A program made the translations under genes and the position numbers. A stretch of DNA of 64,000 nucleotides from Blasia pusilla (taxonomy: Eukaryota). Shown here piece after piece: positions 1-12,267 of this stretch. The notes under the pieces were generated by a model. The model was not told the origin of the DNA. It saw nothing but the letters and a program-made list of their open reading frames with translations, and ran no database searches. The stretch's first letter is position 1; the number at the start of each line of letters is the position of its first letter. The stretch spans positions 35,650,001-35,714,000 of the forward strand of contig CM114271.1 in assembly GCA_050084515.1 (NCBI GenBank). Direction: 5' to 3'.

Positions 1-3000
1 TAGGAATTGACCCCTCTTTCGCATAAATATGATAATCAATATTAGTTTTGGATTTCAAATCCTAATAAGATATCTTTTTAAGATATTAGTGCATAGTGTT
101 CCATATTGCTTGCTTTAATGAAGTCCATATTATAAAACCCTATTTCTAAAAATACTAGTTGGGACTAGTGTAAAACAAGAGTCTTATTACTCGTAAACCA
201 TATGTAAACGAATGTAGTACCTTAGGTGAGATGGGGATTTTTTCATAGATTTCTATTAGATGTAGGATTTGATACATGTTCATATCCCAACCACATGTAG
301 CTCATTTAATAATACAAACATTGAGTTGATATGACTACATTTTGGGGGAAATTTATGAGTCCTTTTGGCTACAAAGCAATTGAAAAAAGCTCCAAAGTAC
401 TCTCATTTTTTTATTGCTACATTCGCAAAATACTTGTATACTACTCGTAACTTGCAAGCAAAAAGGGTTGCATTCTTACATACATAATACGCTCATAAAC
501 CACCGCCAAAGTAATCGAAAAAAAGAGGCTACTATGAGTACTAATTTTTTAAAGTCTCTTATGATTTCTAGGAGTCTCTAAGCCTTTGGAAAGAACTTGC
601 AAAATTTTCCACCACTATGTAAGTACGTGCAATTGTGTATTACATTCCTTAAGCACACACCCAATCTTCCAATCGTTTATGAGTCTTGATAATATTTTTC
701 TCCAAACTCATGAAGCACTCACAAAATTTTCCACTACATCATGAGTCTACGTAGGCGGATTTTTTTCTTGAGTAGGAATTTTTCGGATCCCTTTCTTGAA
801 TGTATTTTTTTTCTTTTTATGTGTTCTTGCCCACACCTATGTTTTTGTTATATCCTAGCCACCTACAATAGGTCAGGTAGTAGGGTGCTTTCCCACTTGA
901 CAACATAATACATGTATTTTTCTCCTCACCATTTACCTCTTTGCATGGTTGAGATTTCAACATGTTTTGCGCATAAAAAAAAAAAAACATGTTAGTAATT
1001 AAGCATGATAATTACTGGCAATGCAAGAACTTCTTATCTTCAAAATATGTCAAAAATAAGGATTTAGGCCACATACCAAATAATAACTTGGTTGGCAAAG
1101 ACACTCTTGTAGTCGATGGACCCCCCTTGACTACAAATGGTATTCATCTTGAGATACATAACATGTGTATAGCCATAACGCAACATAGTTAGTATGAAAA
1201 CCATATACAACTAGGACAAAAAAATACTTACTTGAAATCTTTGCTCCTTTTACTCCTTATCCCTCACCTCACTTTCAATCACCATGCTATAAGTATTTTC
1301 AAAATAAAGAAAAAAAGTTTGAAATTAAAAGACACGACTTAGCCATACTAGAAAAATGAAACTACTTTGAGAATAGTTGAAGTAGTCTTGGAAAGTTATG
1401 AGAAAATTGTTAAAAGTGAGGAACTATGGCGAAGGAAAGGGGATGTATTGATCGGTTCGGAAGTCTATGAGGATGTAGTAACTCCCATTTGTGACTATCT
1501 TTTTTTGAGTTAGTGAAAGTCCTGCAAGTGTAAGGACTCCAAAAACATTTCTTCCTAAATCAATCAAAAAGGGCTTGAATCCTTTTTTTAAACATATGGC
1601 TACTTACAAGTATACTATACAAGTTATGGATTAGTGCTTTGCAAGCATGTGTACTCATACTTGTAAGTGAATTCCAAAAATTTTCCACCCACAAATTGAC
1701 ACATATCTCGTCAAACACTTACAAGAGACTTAAAAATACCCACACAAAGTGGAATTGCAAAGTAATGGCAAACTCAACAAATTACCCCTAGCATTTGTGT
1801 AGAGTGATGCTCTATGAATTTTGCAAAACGTTTAAACTTGTGGACAACGTAAGAACTTTACAAAAATCACATCTTATTAATAAGGGTGATAAAAAATAAT
1901 ATAATGAAATATGAATTCTTTTCTCACAAATCGGAAATCCAAAATTCTATTTCAATTAAAAATTGTCACCTTAGGAGAGGAGCACTCAAATAAGCTCCTT
2001 GGTGGATGTCAACGTATATAGATTCACCAATAAACCACATATCTTTGAAGGGGGTTACTATATATTATAGTATGATGTGTTTGCATTGAAGGAGCATGCC
2101 AAATAATATAAGAACCATGTGTGTATAGAAAAAATAAAAATCCCCTCCTGATTTTTGTAATCTTCTCTTCGACCCATATTTCATGGACTACTAGTCTACC
2201 TACACTTGCCAAAATTTTATTAATGATGTAAAATTCTATAACACTATGTCCATCTCTTATACTCTTACATCCATATTCTCTATCATATCTACATACAAAA
2301 AATCTCTTTTTCCTCTCATGCCCAAACGTAGGAAAAATTCAGAACTCATGTTTTCTTTGTGCTTCCACAACTATCTCTTCCTTTTGTGCACACTAGTTTC
2401 AAATTTCCTTGTTGTAAATGGAGAATGTATCCCTTTTTCTTATTTCCATGTTCCATTTCCAACTTTAAACAATACACAATATTTCCCCTTTTTCTTCCCC
2501 TTCTCTTCATATCCTTTCCCAAACTTTTTCCATGTCATCCCCTCCTCTTGTCCATAGTTTGTCACCGGCCCCAATTCTTTCTTTCACTCTACTCCATTAA
2601 GACCTTCTCCATGTACTCTTTTTTTTTCTGTCCACCTTCAACTGCCATCTCTCATTCCATTTTCATGTTCCCAAGTCTTCCCTTCCTGCCTCTTGGTATT
2701 TCCTCTACTGGTTATAGTTATATGCCATCCACCGATGTTTAAACTGAGCTGACATACACATCGGGGGCTTGATTTGATGTGAGTGGATAAGAAGCAACAA
2801 TTCATATAAGAAGGGAGATATGGATACGACACAACTCTGGATTCGTTAAAACATGTGTTATTAGCACTCTCATTATAGGGATGGTGTGTGTGGCCTGGCC
2901 AAGAGAGTCTCAATGGTGGTGGGATGAAATGGTGGCTGGATATTCATGGGTTCTAGAGTTATATGGATGCAATAGAACACTCGATGGCGGTCTAGCAGAC

Positions 3001-3489
3001 TAGAGACTTTTAGGCATTCAGTTGAAGATGCTGCTTCGAGTTCCAACACAGATTTCGAATTGTTGCAAAGAAGCACTCCAGAGATTACCCGAACCGAAAC
3101 AGCGGAGAGTGGTAGTTAACTGTGATATGTAACAAACCTGCAGCACACAATCGAAGATAAAACCACTTTTTTTTTTCATGCACGCTCTTTTGCTGTGATT
3201 TCAGAGAGTGTGCCTTCCACATATTCACGCCCAATCATCAGATTCTGGTCCCAAGGCCAACGCTGTGCATTTAAAGAGTTCATCTACTAAAGGTCACAAT
3301 GTCAGCCTTGTGCCAAAATTCGCATCGGAGCTGAAACCAGATAAGCAAATTAGACTTGGTACTCCGCAACCTGCAACTGATTCCACTTGCCTACAGTGCC
3401 CAGAAGATGACTTAGCATGAAAGAAGAGTCTTCGAGCTATCAGCACCAAGATCACTCTTGGTCTCTACCACCTTCAACAAAGGAACGAG

Positions 3490-3565
3490 GGAATGTTCCA
3501 TGTCACTGCACAGGCAGATCAGGGCTCGAGCCCTGATCTGCCAGTGCAGTGACATGGAACATTCC
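3490..3565. repeat. 76-bp loop-less palindrome (38-bp arms, 1 mismatch)
   Basis: GGAATGTTCCATGTCACTGCACAGGCAGATCAGGGCTC|GAGCCCTGATCTGCCAGTGCAGTGACATGGAACATTCC, centred on CTCGAG. Confidence 0.95.
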
Positions 3566-3639
3566 ACGAAGACCCCTAGACTCACCTAGTATCGTCTGCT
3601 ACGCTACGCCTTATGCCTAGGGAAAGGCAAGAAACAACA

Positions 3640-3900
3640 GGACAGGTTCAAGGCCAGAACTTAGTGGCAACCATGAATAGAGAGACCACAGAGGACCACT
3701 GGTAAGTCAGGAAATTGTAGGAAATGATGATGAAAGCTGCGACAAATTGAAGAGGACAGGTGCATGACTAAAACTCAGTGTGAACCATGACTAGAGAGAC
3801 CACAGATTGCGAAATGACAATGAAAGCTGGGACTAATTAAAGAGCACAGGTTCATGGCTAAAACTCAGTGCGGGTCATGAATGGAGAGACCACAGAGGAG
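3640..3900. repeat. Diverged tandem repeat, about 90-bp unit, about 3 copies
   Basis: Recurring ...CAGGT.CA.G.C.A.AACT.AGTG...CATGA...GAGAGACCACAGA; the GAAATGA..ATGAAAGCTG block recurs at about 3721 and 3811. Confidence 0.8.
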
Positions 3901-4978
3901 CATGTTTAAGGCAAGAAAAACAATTCAGATATGAAGTTGTACGCCCGGGCTAATTGAAGACGAGGGTGGTTCCACCATATACTCAACCACCCTGCAAGTA
4001 GAAAACTTCTCTGCATTCTTCCTTCCTCTATTCAGCTTCCTCCTTCAGACATGTGGAAAGGAGGTTTCTACAATTATTGTTGACTTATCAAGCTGTATTA
4101 TAATTAAACCTTGCACCACAAAACCCAGACACACCATATGCTGAAAAATTGGGAACCCAGTGAAGCAAATGGACGTGGTAAACGGACATCCAGGGAAAGA
4201 GACAAAACATCCCACGCAACGACGTGCAATTCTGAATCCGGAATTCACATTCGACCTTGTCCGTTTTCCTTTATTGGTATGGAATAAGGCTGGCAATTGA
4301 TTGCATAAAGTTGACAAGTCGGACAGGGAAGCTAACCAACCAAACAGAAGTGACATTACAAACCTTGTGGTTTAACCAATATCAATGTAAAGATCAAGTG
4401 CTTCATAGTCATCGTGCTCGAAACTACAAAGACCTGTGCAAACTAGGAACATTGGGCAGCTCACGATTGAACAGAGAGACATAATTGACCTAGAGATTCC
4501 AAGATGAGAAGCACATCAACCGTTCACACTGAATCTGACCTACTCGTACATTGAACTGCGCCGATCTTGAACTTGTAGAGATACAAAAAGCGTCACAAGG
4601 CAGAGGGGCCTTGCTTGCTCGTAACGCCAAGCAGGGGCACTTCAAAGTCTGAATAATAGTAAACGACAACAATGTAAGATCCTTGTGACGTCAAAAATTC
4701 ACCTCAATTTGAGAGAATGACCCACGTTTCCTGTTCCTGTCCAATTTATTTGGAGGGAGCTGACTCATCAAGTCCAGCCAATTATCGCACCGCCATCTGT
4801 ATTTGAAGCAAGGGGGGATTTTTGTTCTGACAGTCTTGCCAGATCTTAGACGTTAGGGGTCCATTCCTAGACAGCTGATCTTGACGATGGGGGAATTCTC
4901 ATCTCTCAAGTGTGGGGCTCAAACTGTAATTAGGGAAGAATGTCGCAAACTTACAGTGTTTGAACCACTGACGAGTTC

Positions 4979-6175
4979 TCATCTTAGGGTGACTGTGACC
5001 TCCTTTCTATCCGCTCCAAAGGCTTCAGTATCAAGGCTCTTGGCGTAAACGTGAGAGAAAAGCTCAGAACTGTCTGGTTGAGAGCTCTCCTTGGCTTTGG
5101 CCAGAGCGTCATCGACTTCCTTCTTCGCTTCCTTCTCGATGCTTTTCAAGTCGGAGACGGTTGCAATTTCCTGTGCGATGAGCAATTTCCTAATCCTCTC
5201 GATAGGGTCACGCTCCTGTCGCACACCGGAAATCTCATCCCTGCTACGGTAAGTACTGCCTGGATCGGACATAGAATGACCGTGATAACGGTAAGTATCA
5301 AACTCAATCACAAATGGTCCGTTGGCCAGTGCATAGGACTTAGCGTAAGCGACCGCTTGCTTTACAGCTAAACAGTCCATCCCATCCACTTTAAGGCCAG
5401 GAACGTAGTCACCGCGCTTGTAATACTCGGGACTCTTGGCCGATCGCCACTCCGCCGTTCCCATGCCGTAGTGATTGTTCTCGCACACGAAGATCACTGG
5501 AAGGTTCCAAAGCGCTGCGATGTTCATAGCCTCGAAAAGTTGTCCCTGATTTGCAGCCCCGTCTCCGTACAACGCCATCGTCACGCCCTCCACCTTCAAG
5601 TACTTCTGCGCGAATGCCAAGCCGGCACCTAGAGGTGTCTGCGCTCCCACTATTCCGTTCCCTCCGAAGAAACCCCCGGCTTTGTTGTACATGTGCATAG
5701 ATCCACCCTTTCCGAGCGAGCAACCATCGATGCGCCCCATCAATTCGGCGAAAACTTCATACACAGTCCCTCCTCTGCCCAGATGCGTGCAATGGTCCCT
5801 GTATGCGGTGATAATGCAGTCTTTAGGGGTCAGGGACGCTTCCATGCCGACGCAGACTGCCTCCTGACCATCGTACAGGTGACAAAATCCTCTGATGAAC
5901 TTGGTCTTGTAAAGCGAATCGGCCGCAATTTCCATCCGCCGCATTGTGTACATGCTCTTGAAGAAGCTCATGAGCTCCTCCGCCGACGTCTCCACCGAAC
6001 CCGACGGCGCTTCGCATTTGTGAGCCTTGTACGGCGACGAAATGTCGATCGTCAGGTCCCGCGTGAAAATCCTCTGCACCGCTCCGCACACAGCAGGCCC
6101 TGCTCTCGCTCCGGCCACCCACGCCGGCGCCCCCCTCAGCAGCCCCGACGCGCGACGCCAAACCTGTGACGCCAT
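4979..6175 (-). CDS. PDHA: Pyruvate dehydrogenase E1 component alpha subunit, mitochondrial (398 aa, single coding exon)
   Basis: Uninterrupted ORF with [13 protein letters not shown], ThDP-binding GDGAANQGQ...ENN motif, phosphorylation loop [16 protein letters not shown], and an Arg/Ala-rich, acid-poor N-terminal presequence. Confidence 0.97.
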   Translation of the reverse strand: MASQVWRRASGLLRGAPAWVAGARAGPAVCGAVQRIFTRDLTIDISSPYKAHKCEAPSGSVETSAEELMSFFKSMYTMRRMEIAADSLYKTKFIRGFCHLYDGQEAVCVGMEASLTPKDCIITAYRDHCTHLGRGGTVYEVFAELMGRIDGCSLGKGGSMHMYNKAGGFFGGNGIVGAQTPLGAGLAFAQKYLKVEGVTMALYGDGAANQGQLFEAMNIAALWNLPVIFVCENNHYGMGTAEWRSAKSPEYYKRGDYVPGLKVDGMDCLAVKQAVAYAKSYALANGPFVIEFDTYRYHGHSMSDPGSTYRSRDEISGVRQERDPIERIRKLLIAQEIATVSDLKSIEKEAKKEVDDALAKAKESSQPDSSELFSHVYAKSLDTEAFGADRKEVTVTLR

Positions 6176-6896
6176 AGCTCAATCTCCTCGTCCGCCTCCG
6201 CACTCCAGAAGATCGCCAGAGAGGAGGACGAAGTGGAAACAGAAGAGAGGAGAGGGAGAGAATGGGGATCCGGAGGCGCAGGGAGTCCTTTGTTTCTTCT
6301 TATACGCAAAACGCACGGGAGAAATCACATGCGTTACAAGAACCCGATTCGCCTGTACAAGAGGACGACCTTATGCCCGCCATTCGGTACAAGAGTCTCT
6401 TTGGACGCTACCCTCATTATTATATCCTACTTTCATCGCTACTGCTTTAATGCTTTCGTGTTTGCTTCTTTTAGGTTGTTTGTGTTTCTTGTCACTAAGT
6501 TTGATTTTTCGAGATTGTTCTTTTTTCTTAGTCTTGGTCTAGTGAGAAAATAGACGACATGAATAAAGGAAGACTAGTGGTAAGAGTGAAGGTAACAATC
6601 ATGTTAAACACGATGTCTTTTTCTTGCTGCCCGAAGAGATGGAAATATTTTCTTGTTTCTCGATTGCCACATGTCAAGCAAAGAAGTGTTTGAAAATCAA
6701 GAAGGCACTCTCCAATGATGATATAGATCGGGAATCCATGCGAGATAATTCCCCTCTTCCTCTTCGAACTTGTTCGCATGTTCTTTCGATGGTTCCCCCA
6801 TATTCATTTATTCAGGTCTTACTTACGCGAATGTGTGGAGCTTTGGAGGAGAGAAGTTTGGACATAGAGGAACGTTGAGTCTTTCCTTATTAATCA

Positions 6897-7062
6897 CTAG
6901 TATAATACCCGTGCTAGCACCCGTTTGTTAATTTGAACTCAGCGGTTGTGTTATATTAATGAAACTTGTTACACGTGTCATAACGGGAGCAGCCCATAAT
7001 GTTTACGTGTCATCACCAGAGGATGGGGTCCTCGAAACCCTGTCCTCTTTTAATTATATAGA
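6897..7062 (-). mobile_element. Non-autonomous mini-Helitron (166 bp)
   Basis: Minus strand: A|TCTATATAATTAAAAG... 5' end, GTGC-TA-GCAC hairpin, then CTAG|T 3' end. Inserted between A and T with no TSD. Confidence 0.75.
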
Positions 7063-7984
7063 TTCTATTTCTTTTCCAATCTTAGACTCAATTTATTCAT
7101 CTCCTTAAGGTTGAACCTTAGGATTCTCTATTTTCCAATTAGGTGGAGGTTCCTCAAAGTTTTGTGATCTTTGGACCTCCTCTTTCTATGAATATGCTCC
7201 ATTGAACCTTAAATATAATTACACGTATTGTGTTCTACTTATGGTTTTTTTTATGCTTGTAATCATATTAAAGGATTATTCTTGCTTTTCTTAACCTTTT
7301 CTTGTTCGGAAATAGTAAGGGCATGTTGGAAAGCTTATCTTGAGACACTTCCAATGCACCAAAGATCTTAGAAAATGCATGAGTACAGGCTAAGATATTG
7401 GCCGAAAATGACTGTGAGAGCAATCGGATTGAGGGCCAATTTAAGGGGCCCGACTGTCTTTCCCTAAAGTTAGGGGGACCCCGGAGATCTCCAGAAGTAC
7501 TTGTAAGGGGGAGTCTCTCTTGGAACACGAACCCCACTTTGAGTACCAAACAACGTCTCAAGGGCACGGGATGGAATAGAAGTTTGGCGTTGGAACTTGA
7601 AACCCAAACTTGATCCAAGGGAGTCGACTTTGTACGCCACATTTGGATTCTCACATGTGATTCATTTTGTGTGAGTCTTGGTTAGGGACTCATTGGATGT
7701 CCATCGGACAGTTGAAACCACCAGGCGCGAAACGCCTGGTTCCTAAACTGACCAAAAAGTCTGTCCCAAGTCTTTCGAGACTTGCATGTGTTATAAACCG
7801 CCAAACTAGGAAGGTTGAGCTTGATGAGAGACCAAGACAAGAACTCGAAAAAGTTAGCTTGTTGATTGATCTAGATCCGACTAACCAGAGTGCGTGTTTG
7901 GATGTAGATCAGTGTTGAGAGCGTGACCTACTGAACGCACGCTTCCGCAACAACAAAGATTGATATTCAAGGAGAGTAGGCGCA

Positions 7985-8490
7985 CGACAGAAAGTGCTTG
8001 CAGGAGAAATTGATCTTGTGTATATAGGTACAAATCAGCAAATTGCTGACATCTTTACAAAGGTATAGTCTAGAGATAAGTTTGAGATATTTAGAAACAA
8101 TTTAGGTGTTAGAGATATCGATATGAGCTTGAGGGGGAGTATTGAAGATTGAGTTACAATCAAGCTCATGAGACACCTGAACTGCTACATTTGGTTCTCA
8201 CATAAAGTAGGGAATCTTAATCTTGGTTAGTCAGTTAAGCGCGATTATCTTAACTAGGGTTAGTTAATCACAGTTAGTCTAACTTTAGACTATGGTTAAG
8301 ATTAGGATTAGGGTTGCTTGTACATACCCTATATAATTGAGAAAGGGACCAACCTCCACTCATTCTCTCATTGTAAAATTTCGTTCTCCACGGTGGTGTG
8401 AGTGTGAGAGCCGTTTCCCACCAATTATGCTTCTTTAGCAGTTTTCTACACCAAAGAGGCGGAGAGGTTAAGTGCATTTGGTGCCCAACA
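7985..8490 (+). mobile_element. Ty1/copia relic: RNase H C-terminus, PPT and 3' LTR
   Basis: Frame from 7985 reads KVLAGEIDLVYIGTNQQIADIFTKV*SRDKFEIFRNNLGV (copia ADIFTK motif). PPT GAGGGGGAG at 8131-8139. Candidate LTR 8140 (TATTG, decayed TG) to 8490 (...CAACA) with an internal TATATAA. Confidence 0.8.
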
Positions 8491-8650
8491 AGGTATTTAC
8501 TTGGAGAGAGCGTATATGGATCTTAAGACGTCTAAGACGGAGAAGCCCACTATTGCAGAGACAACTCTACTAGAAAGATTTAGTGTAGAATAAAAAAATA
8601 CTCAACGTCTTTTTAAGTGACGTGATAGTTTGGTGGGGACGATATAGGTA

Positions 8651-9260
8651 GTGCCACATGGATGTATGTGGATTTTTAAGAAGGATGCAGTACTAGGACA
8701 TGATCTTGAGGATACTTTAGGCTCAGTTTTATTCGGAACCATGTATCATTTTATAGTAAACCAAACCCTTGGATTTAGTGAAGATATTTATTATTGCGTA
8801 AAGGTGTTTAAGGAAGCATCTTGGTTATATTCAAGACAATCAATGATGCATGAAGAGATGTTTGCAAATATTTTACATTGAGGGATGGTTCTCATAGTGG
8901 GAAGAATGATTGAGAATCCACCGCGTGCCATCTATCCATAGTGGAATGGTAGGCACCTTGAAAATTGGATGCGAGCATGCCATACCTTGAATGGAGGGCC
9001 AAGTTTAGGAGAGTTGCAGAAGATGAGATCTCTCGCAATGGCATCACATATCATCCAACTTGTGGTTACTCTACTTATTACCATGTAGACTATCCACAAG
9101 CGTGGGGTTCTTACACTGACCTTCATGCTAGGAACATTTTCGTCCACTTTGCATCCAACTTTAGGCCACACATTGGGATTCCAGATTGGGAAAATTCTTT
9201 ATGGGATGATCAATGTTTAGTCTCGCCTCATATGGATGCTTTTTCACACTTCCCATAGTA
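8651..9260 (+). pseudogene. Decayed protein kinase domain
   Basis: Ordered kinase motifs: LGSVLFGTMY (Gly loop, 8717-8746), YCVKVFK (beta3 Lys at 8801), IHKRGVL/xTDLHARNI (catalytic loop, 1-nt frameshift near 9112), IGIPDWE (DFG position, 9184). Three in-frame stops. Confidence 0.7.
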
Positions 9261-9749
9261 CCTGTTGTCTCATATGTTAAAGAATGCTCATTACGCTAAT
9301 AATTCCAATCATAGTCACCTTTCAAATTGTATAGGTACTTCCACTTGCAAAAATGTTTTTTTCACATATAGACCTCTATTGAGGCCATGTCACCTATGCA
9401 GTTCATGACTCAATAAGAGGTAGTTGTTACACTTAAACTACATGCACTCATGCATGTAGGCTTGTATCCATCCCGCAATGGCTTGTAGAGGGCTTGAGAT
9501 AGGCCTGCATTGGGGGGGTTCCAAGCTCTCACCCAACGCGCAAGGCCCATAGAAGGTATCCTTGGGGCCCGCGGTTGGCCCGCACGGGCAGCCCCCGTGG
9601 AGACGCACATGCCATCAATTATTGCCATGTGGGTAACTATTCCCATGGTGTAGAGACCTCTTCAAGCTCGTGAGGCAAGCGTGGAGTCACCACAGCAAAT
9701 AAAGTCAAGTGAAAATTTTGCTCTTAGAGTGGGGACTTGATATCTTAAG

Positions 9750-10820
9750 ATACCACACTTATTATATGGAAACGTCTAGAGAAGGGTGCAAGAGTGTAAG
9801 ATCTCTTTGGAGGGATCGACAAGGAGGTTAGCTGTAGTATAGCAAGACAATAGATGGATACATCAATCTCTCTTTGGAGGGATCGGCACTAGTTTGGTCG
9901 CTATATTGTATGTAGGAGTGAGTGCCCATTGGGATTTCTCTATGGAGCGTGATGAGGTTACAAGGCATGTCTCACTCCAATTTTTGGAGCACTTGTGCCT
10001 TCTTTTTCCCAACTTGTTACCCACGTCGGCCATACAAGGTTACTAGAGTTCCTTATCGAGGAACATTTCCTTATTGCATTTGGGGGCGTAGGTTTGGATC
10101 ATATGCGGATCATTCATTTGGTCGAAGAAAGTTGGCCTTGTGAAGTAGTTAAGTGCTAGACGAGGTGATAGTTTAGTTGACTCTATAGGTCTATATTATT
10201 TTGGGAGATGATGAAGATCTTGCAACACTTGCAAGAGAACATCAGTCCTATTCTCCAACTTACCTTATGGAGAATGTACTAATCTTGGATGATTCTTGGG
10301 TACAAGTTGTGACACGTATACATGAGGTTGGTGCATAGATAAACCCAACGGTGTTTTTTTAATATGCAAATGTAGGTTCATAAGTACTCTATCCACGTTT
10401 GTGGTGGACTGGCTTAGTGCCACATAAGGTTTTGAGGAGGGCCTATGCAAGAATGGAGTGTCCCTCCAATTTTTTTATGGATTCCATTCTGGATTGTGGA
10501 CCTCCATCAAAAGCAGTAAGGCACAATGATGGACCTCTATTGATAGTGATCAACAGGGTTGGCATGCCATGGGCAGCCTTTCACACCTTTGTGAATTTCC
10601 TCGCTTCCTATGTATATAAGGAGGCCAATTTTGGCTTGGTTTGGGATGACTAGGCACAATGGTTGGTGGAGCCCAACATTGATGAGAGAGAGTATTTAGG
10701 GTGTGATGGGATTCCTCACGGGAGTAACAACAATATTATTACTATCATAGGCTTCCCAATGTCATGTCTTGGGTTAGGCACTCGACTTGAACTTCTTGAC
10801 ATGGATTCTTAGCTTAGGAG
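9750..10820 (+). pseudogene. Decayed C5-cytosine DNA methyltransferase domain, probably retrotransposon-borne
   Basis: Motif I DLFGGI (9800-9817) and a duplicate LFGGIG (9870-9887); motif IV SWPCE (PC at 10136-10141); RSILFWEM; motif VI YLMENV (10261-10278); motif VIII GS*VLYPRLWWT; motif IX EPNIDERE..MGFLTGVT; motif X LG*ALDLN. Several stops and frameshifts. Confidence 0.85.
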
Positions 10821-10894
10821 TAGGGTTTGGTTTGACATTGAGAGTGCACACATGTGAGAACTATGGTGTTGTGAGAGAGATTGGATCTTATTTT

Positions 10895-11022
10895 ATTGGA
10901 GATATTTTGGTATTTCTTGTCTCGTTGTTTGAATGCCATGAGTTAGCATGGGATCGTACGTGTTTATGTGTGTGTTCGTTGATAGCCATATATGTTGTAT
11001 AGCGATGTGTATGCGCACGACA
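10895..11022 (+). repeat. LTR-like 3' terminus ending ...GCGCACGACA
   Basis: About 12 substitutions and one 2-nt indel versus the reverse complement of 15193-15318. The last 30 bp or so also match 60031-60062. Confidence 0.85.
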
Positions 11023-12267
11023 GATTAGTTTGAGGTGATATGTCGTGGTCTTGATGACTTCATCTCAGATTTTGACATGTGGTATGATTTTCAAGAGATA
11101 TGAGCTCATAAAAATGTGTAATAAGCATAAAGTTGGATGAGCAGGAAGAAATTAGTTCAACATACCATAAAAGGACTACTCATAGCAAAATATCTTTGAA
11201 AGAGGATCAACAAGTGGCACCATTATCATATAGAAAGCAGATGTCATGTAGTTGTTTAGGCCAAAAAATATTTGGCTTTCAAAGTTGAAGCAAATATCTA
11301 AGAACAATTTTTTTAAGTGCAAGAGAGAGTGTTGGTAAAAAAATTATGCAATATTTGTAAAAACTCCACTTGCGAAGCCAATACGTGAAACAAAACTGAT
11401 GTTGTTAGATCATAATATTGTTGCGTGAACGTATGAACCAGAGTGTGCTAATCTTAGGGCAATGTCAATGAAAATTGAAAGGAGTGTGTTACTAGATCAT
11501 GAACATGTACACTTGCGTTTATTAGGTGACTAAGGCAAAATTTGACTACGATAGCCCATGGCAGCAAGAGAGGATGGATTGTCTGACTACTTTAGAGTGG
11601 ACATGATCTTTGCACCACCTTTGGGCACTATTGACTTACTTTGGAGCTAAGTTTTATAACTAATTGAAGAAATGCTTGGGGAAGTGAAGAAGTTTGAGAT
11701 GGCACCATTATCCACTACAGAATTTTATTCATATGAACAAATAATGTGTTCTTGCAGGCAAGGACTCTACTCTTACTAGTATAAACAATATGAGGAAGGA
11801 ACTGGCTTGAGAATATGAATCTAGGAAATCCTTCAAGAGATGGGGTATGTAGATAACATTGATAAACTAAGAAAGAATTTTAAATGAAAACTGTATGAAA
11901 TAAATCCGTCCATCAAATTAGGTTTTATTGCATTGGAGATAGCATAAATACAACAAAAAATACTTGATATAGAAACGATCTAGTTTTCCAAGATGATGGT
12001 AACAAGATGAAATTTGCCGAAAATTGATATTCAAGGAGAAAGTAACAAAGGAAATTCGATGCACGAAACATGGGATTTGAAGAGAAAATGAAAGTCACCC
12101 CACAATCCTGGGCATAATGGATGATGGGGTAATGTTTAATTTGTGACCCACCACAACTCATTTCCCGCGCGTGCATGTACTAATCATTCCCTCATGCACT
12201 AAATCTATGTTGATCATCAGGAATACAAATCTCCTCACTGTTTTTTAATGTGTACTAGGTCCCTGCT

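Noticed and set aside
5051-6542. Several ORFs of 100-170 aa overlapping the PDH gene
   Set aside because: Antisense or alternate-frame shadows of a GC-rich CDS with no motifs.
9425-9434. TGTTACAC as the left end of the DNMT-bearing element
   Set aside because: Weak match to TGTCACGTCT and no TSD matching the GATT after 11022.
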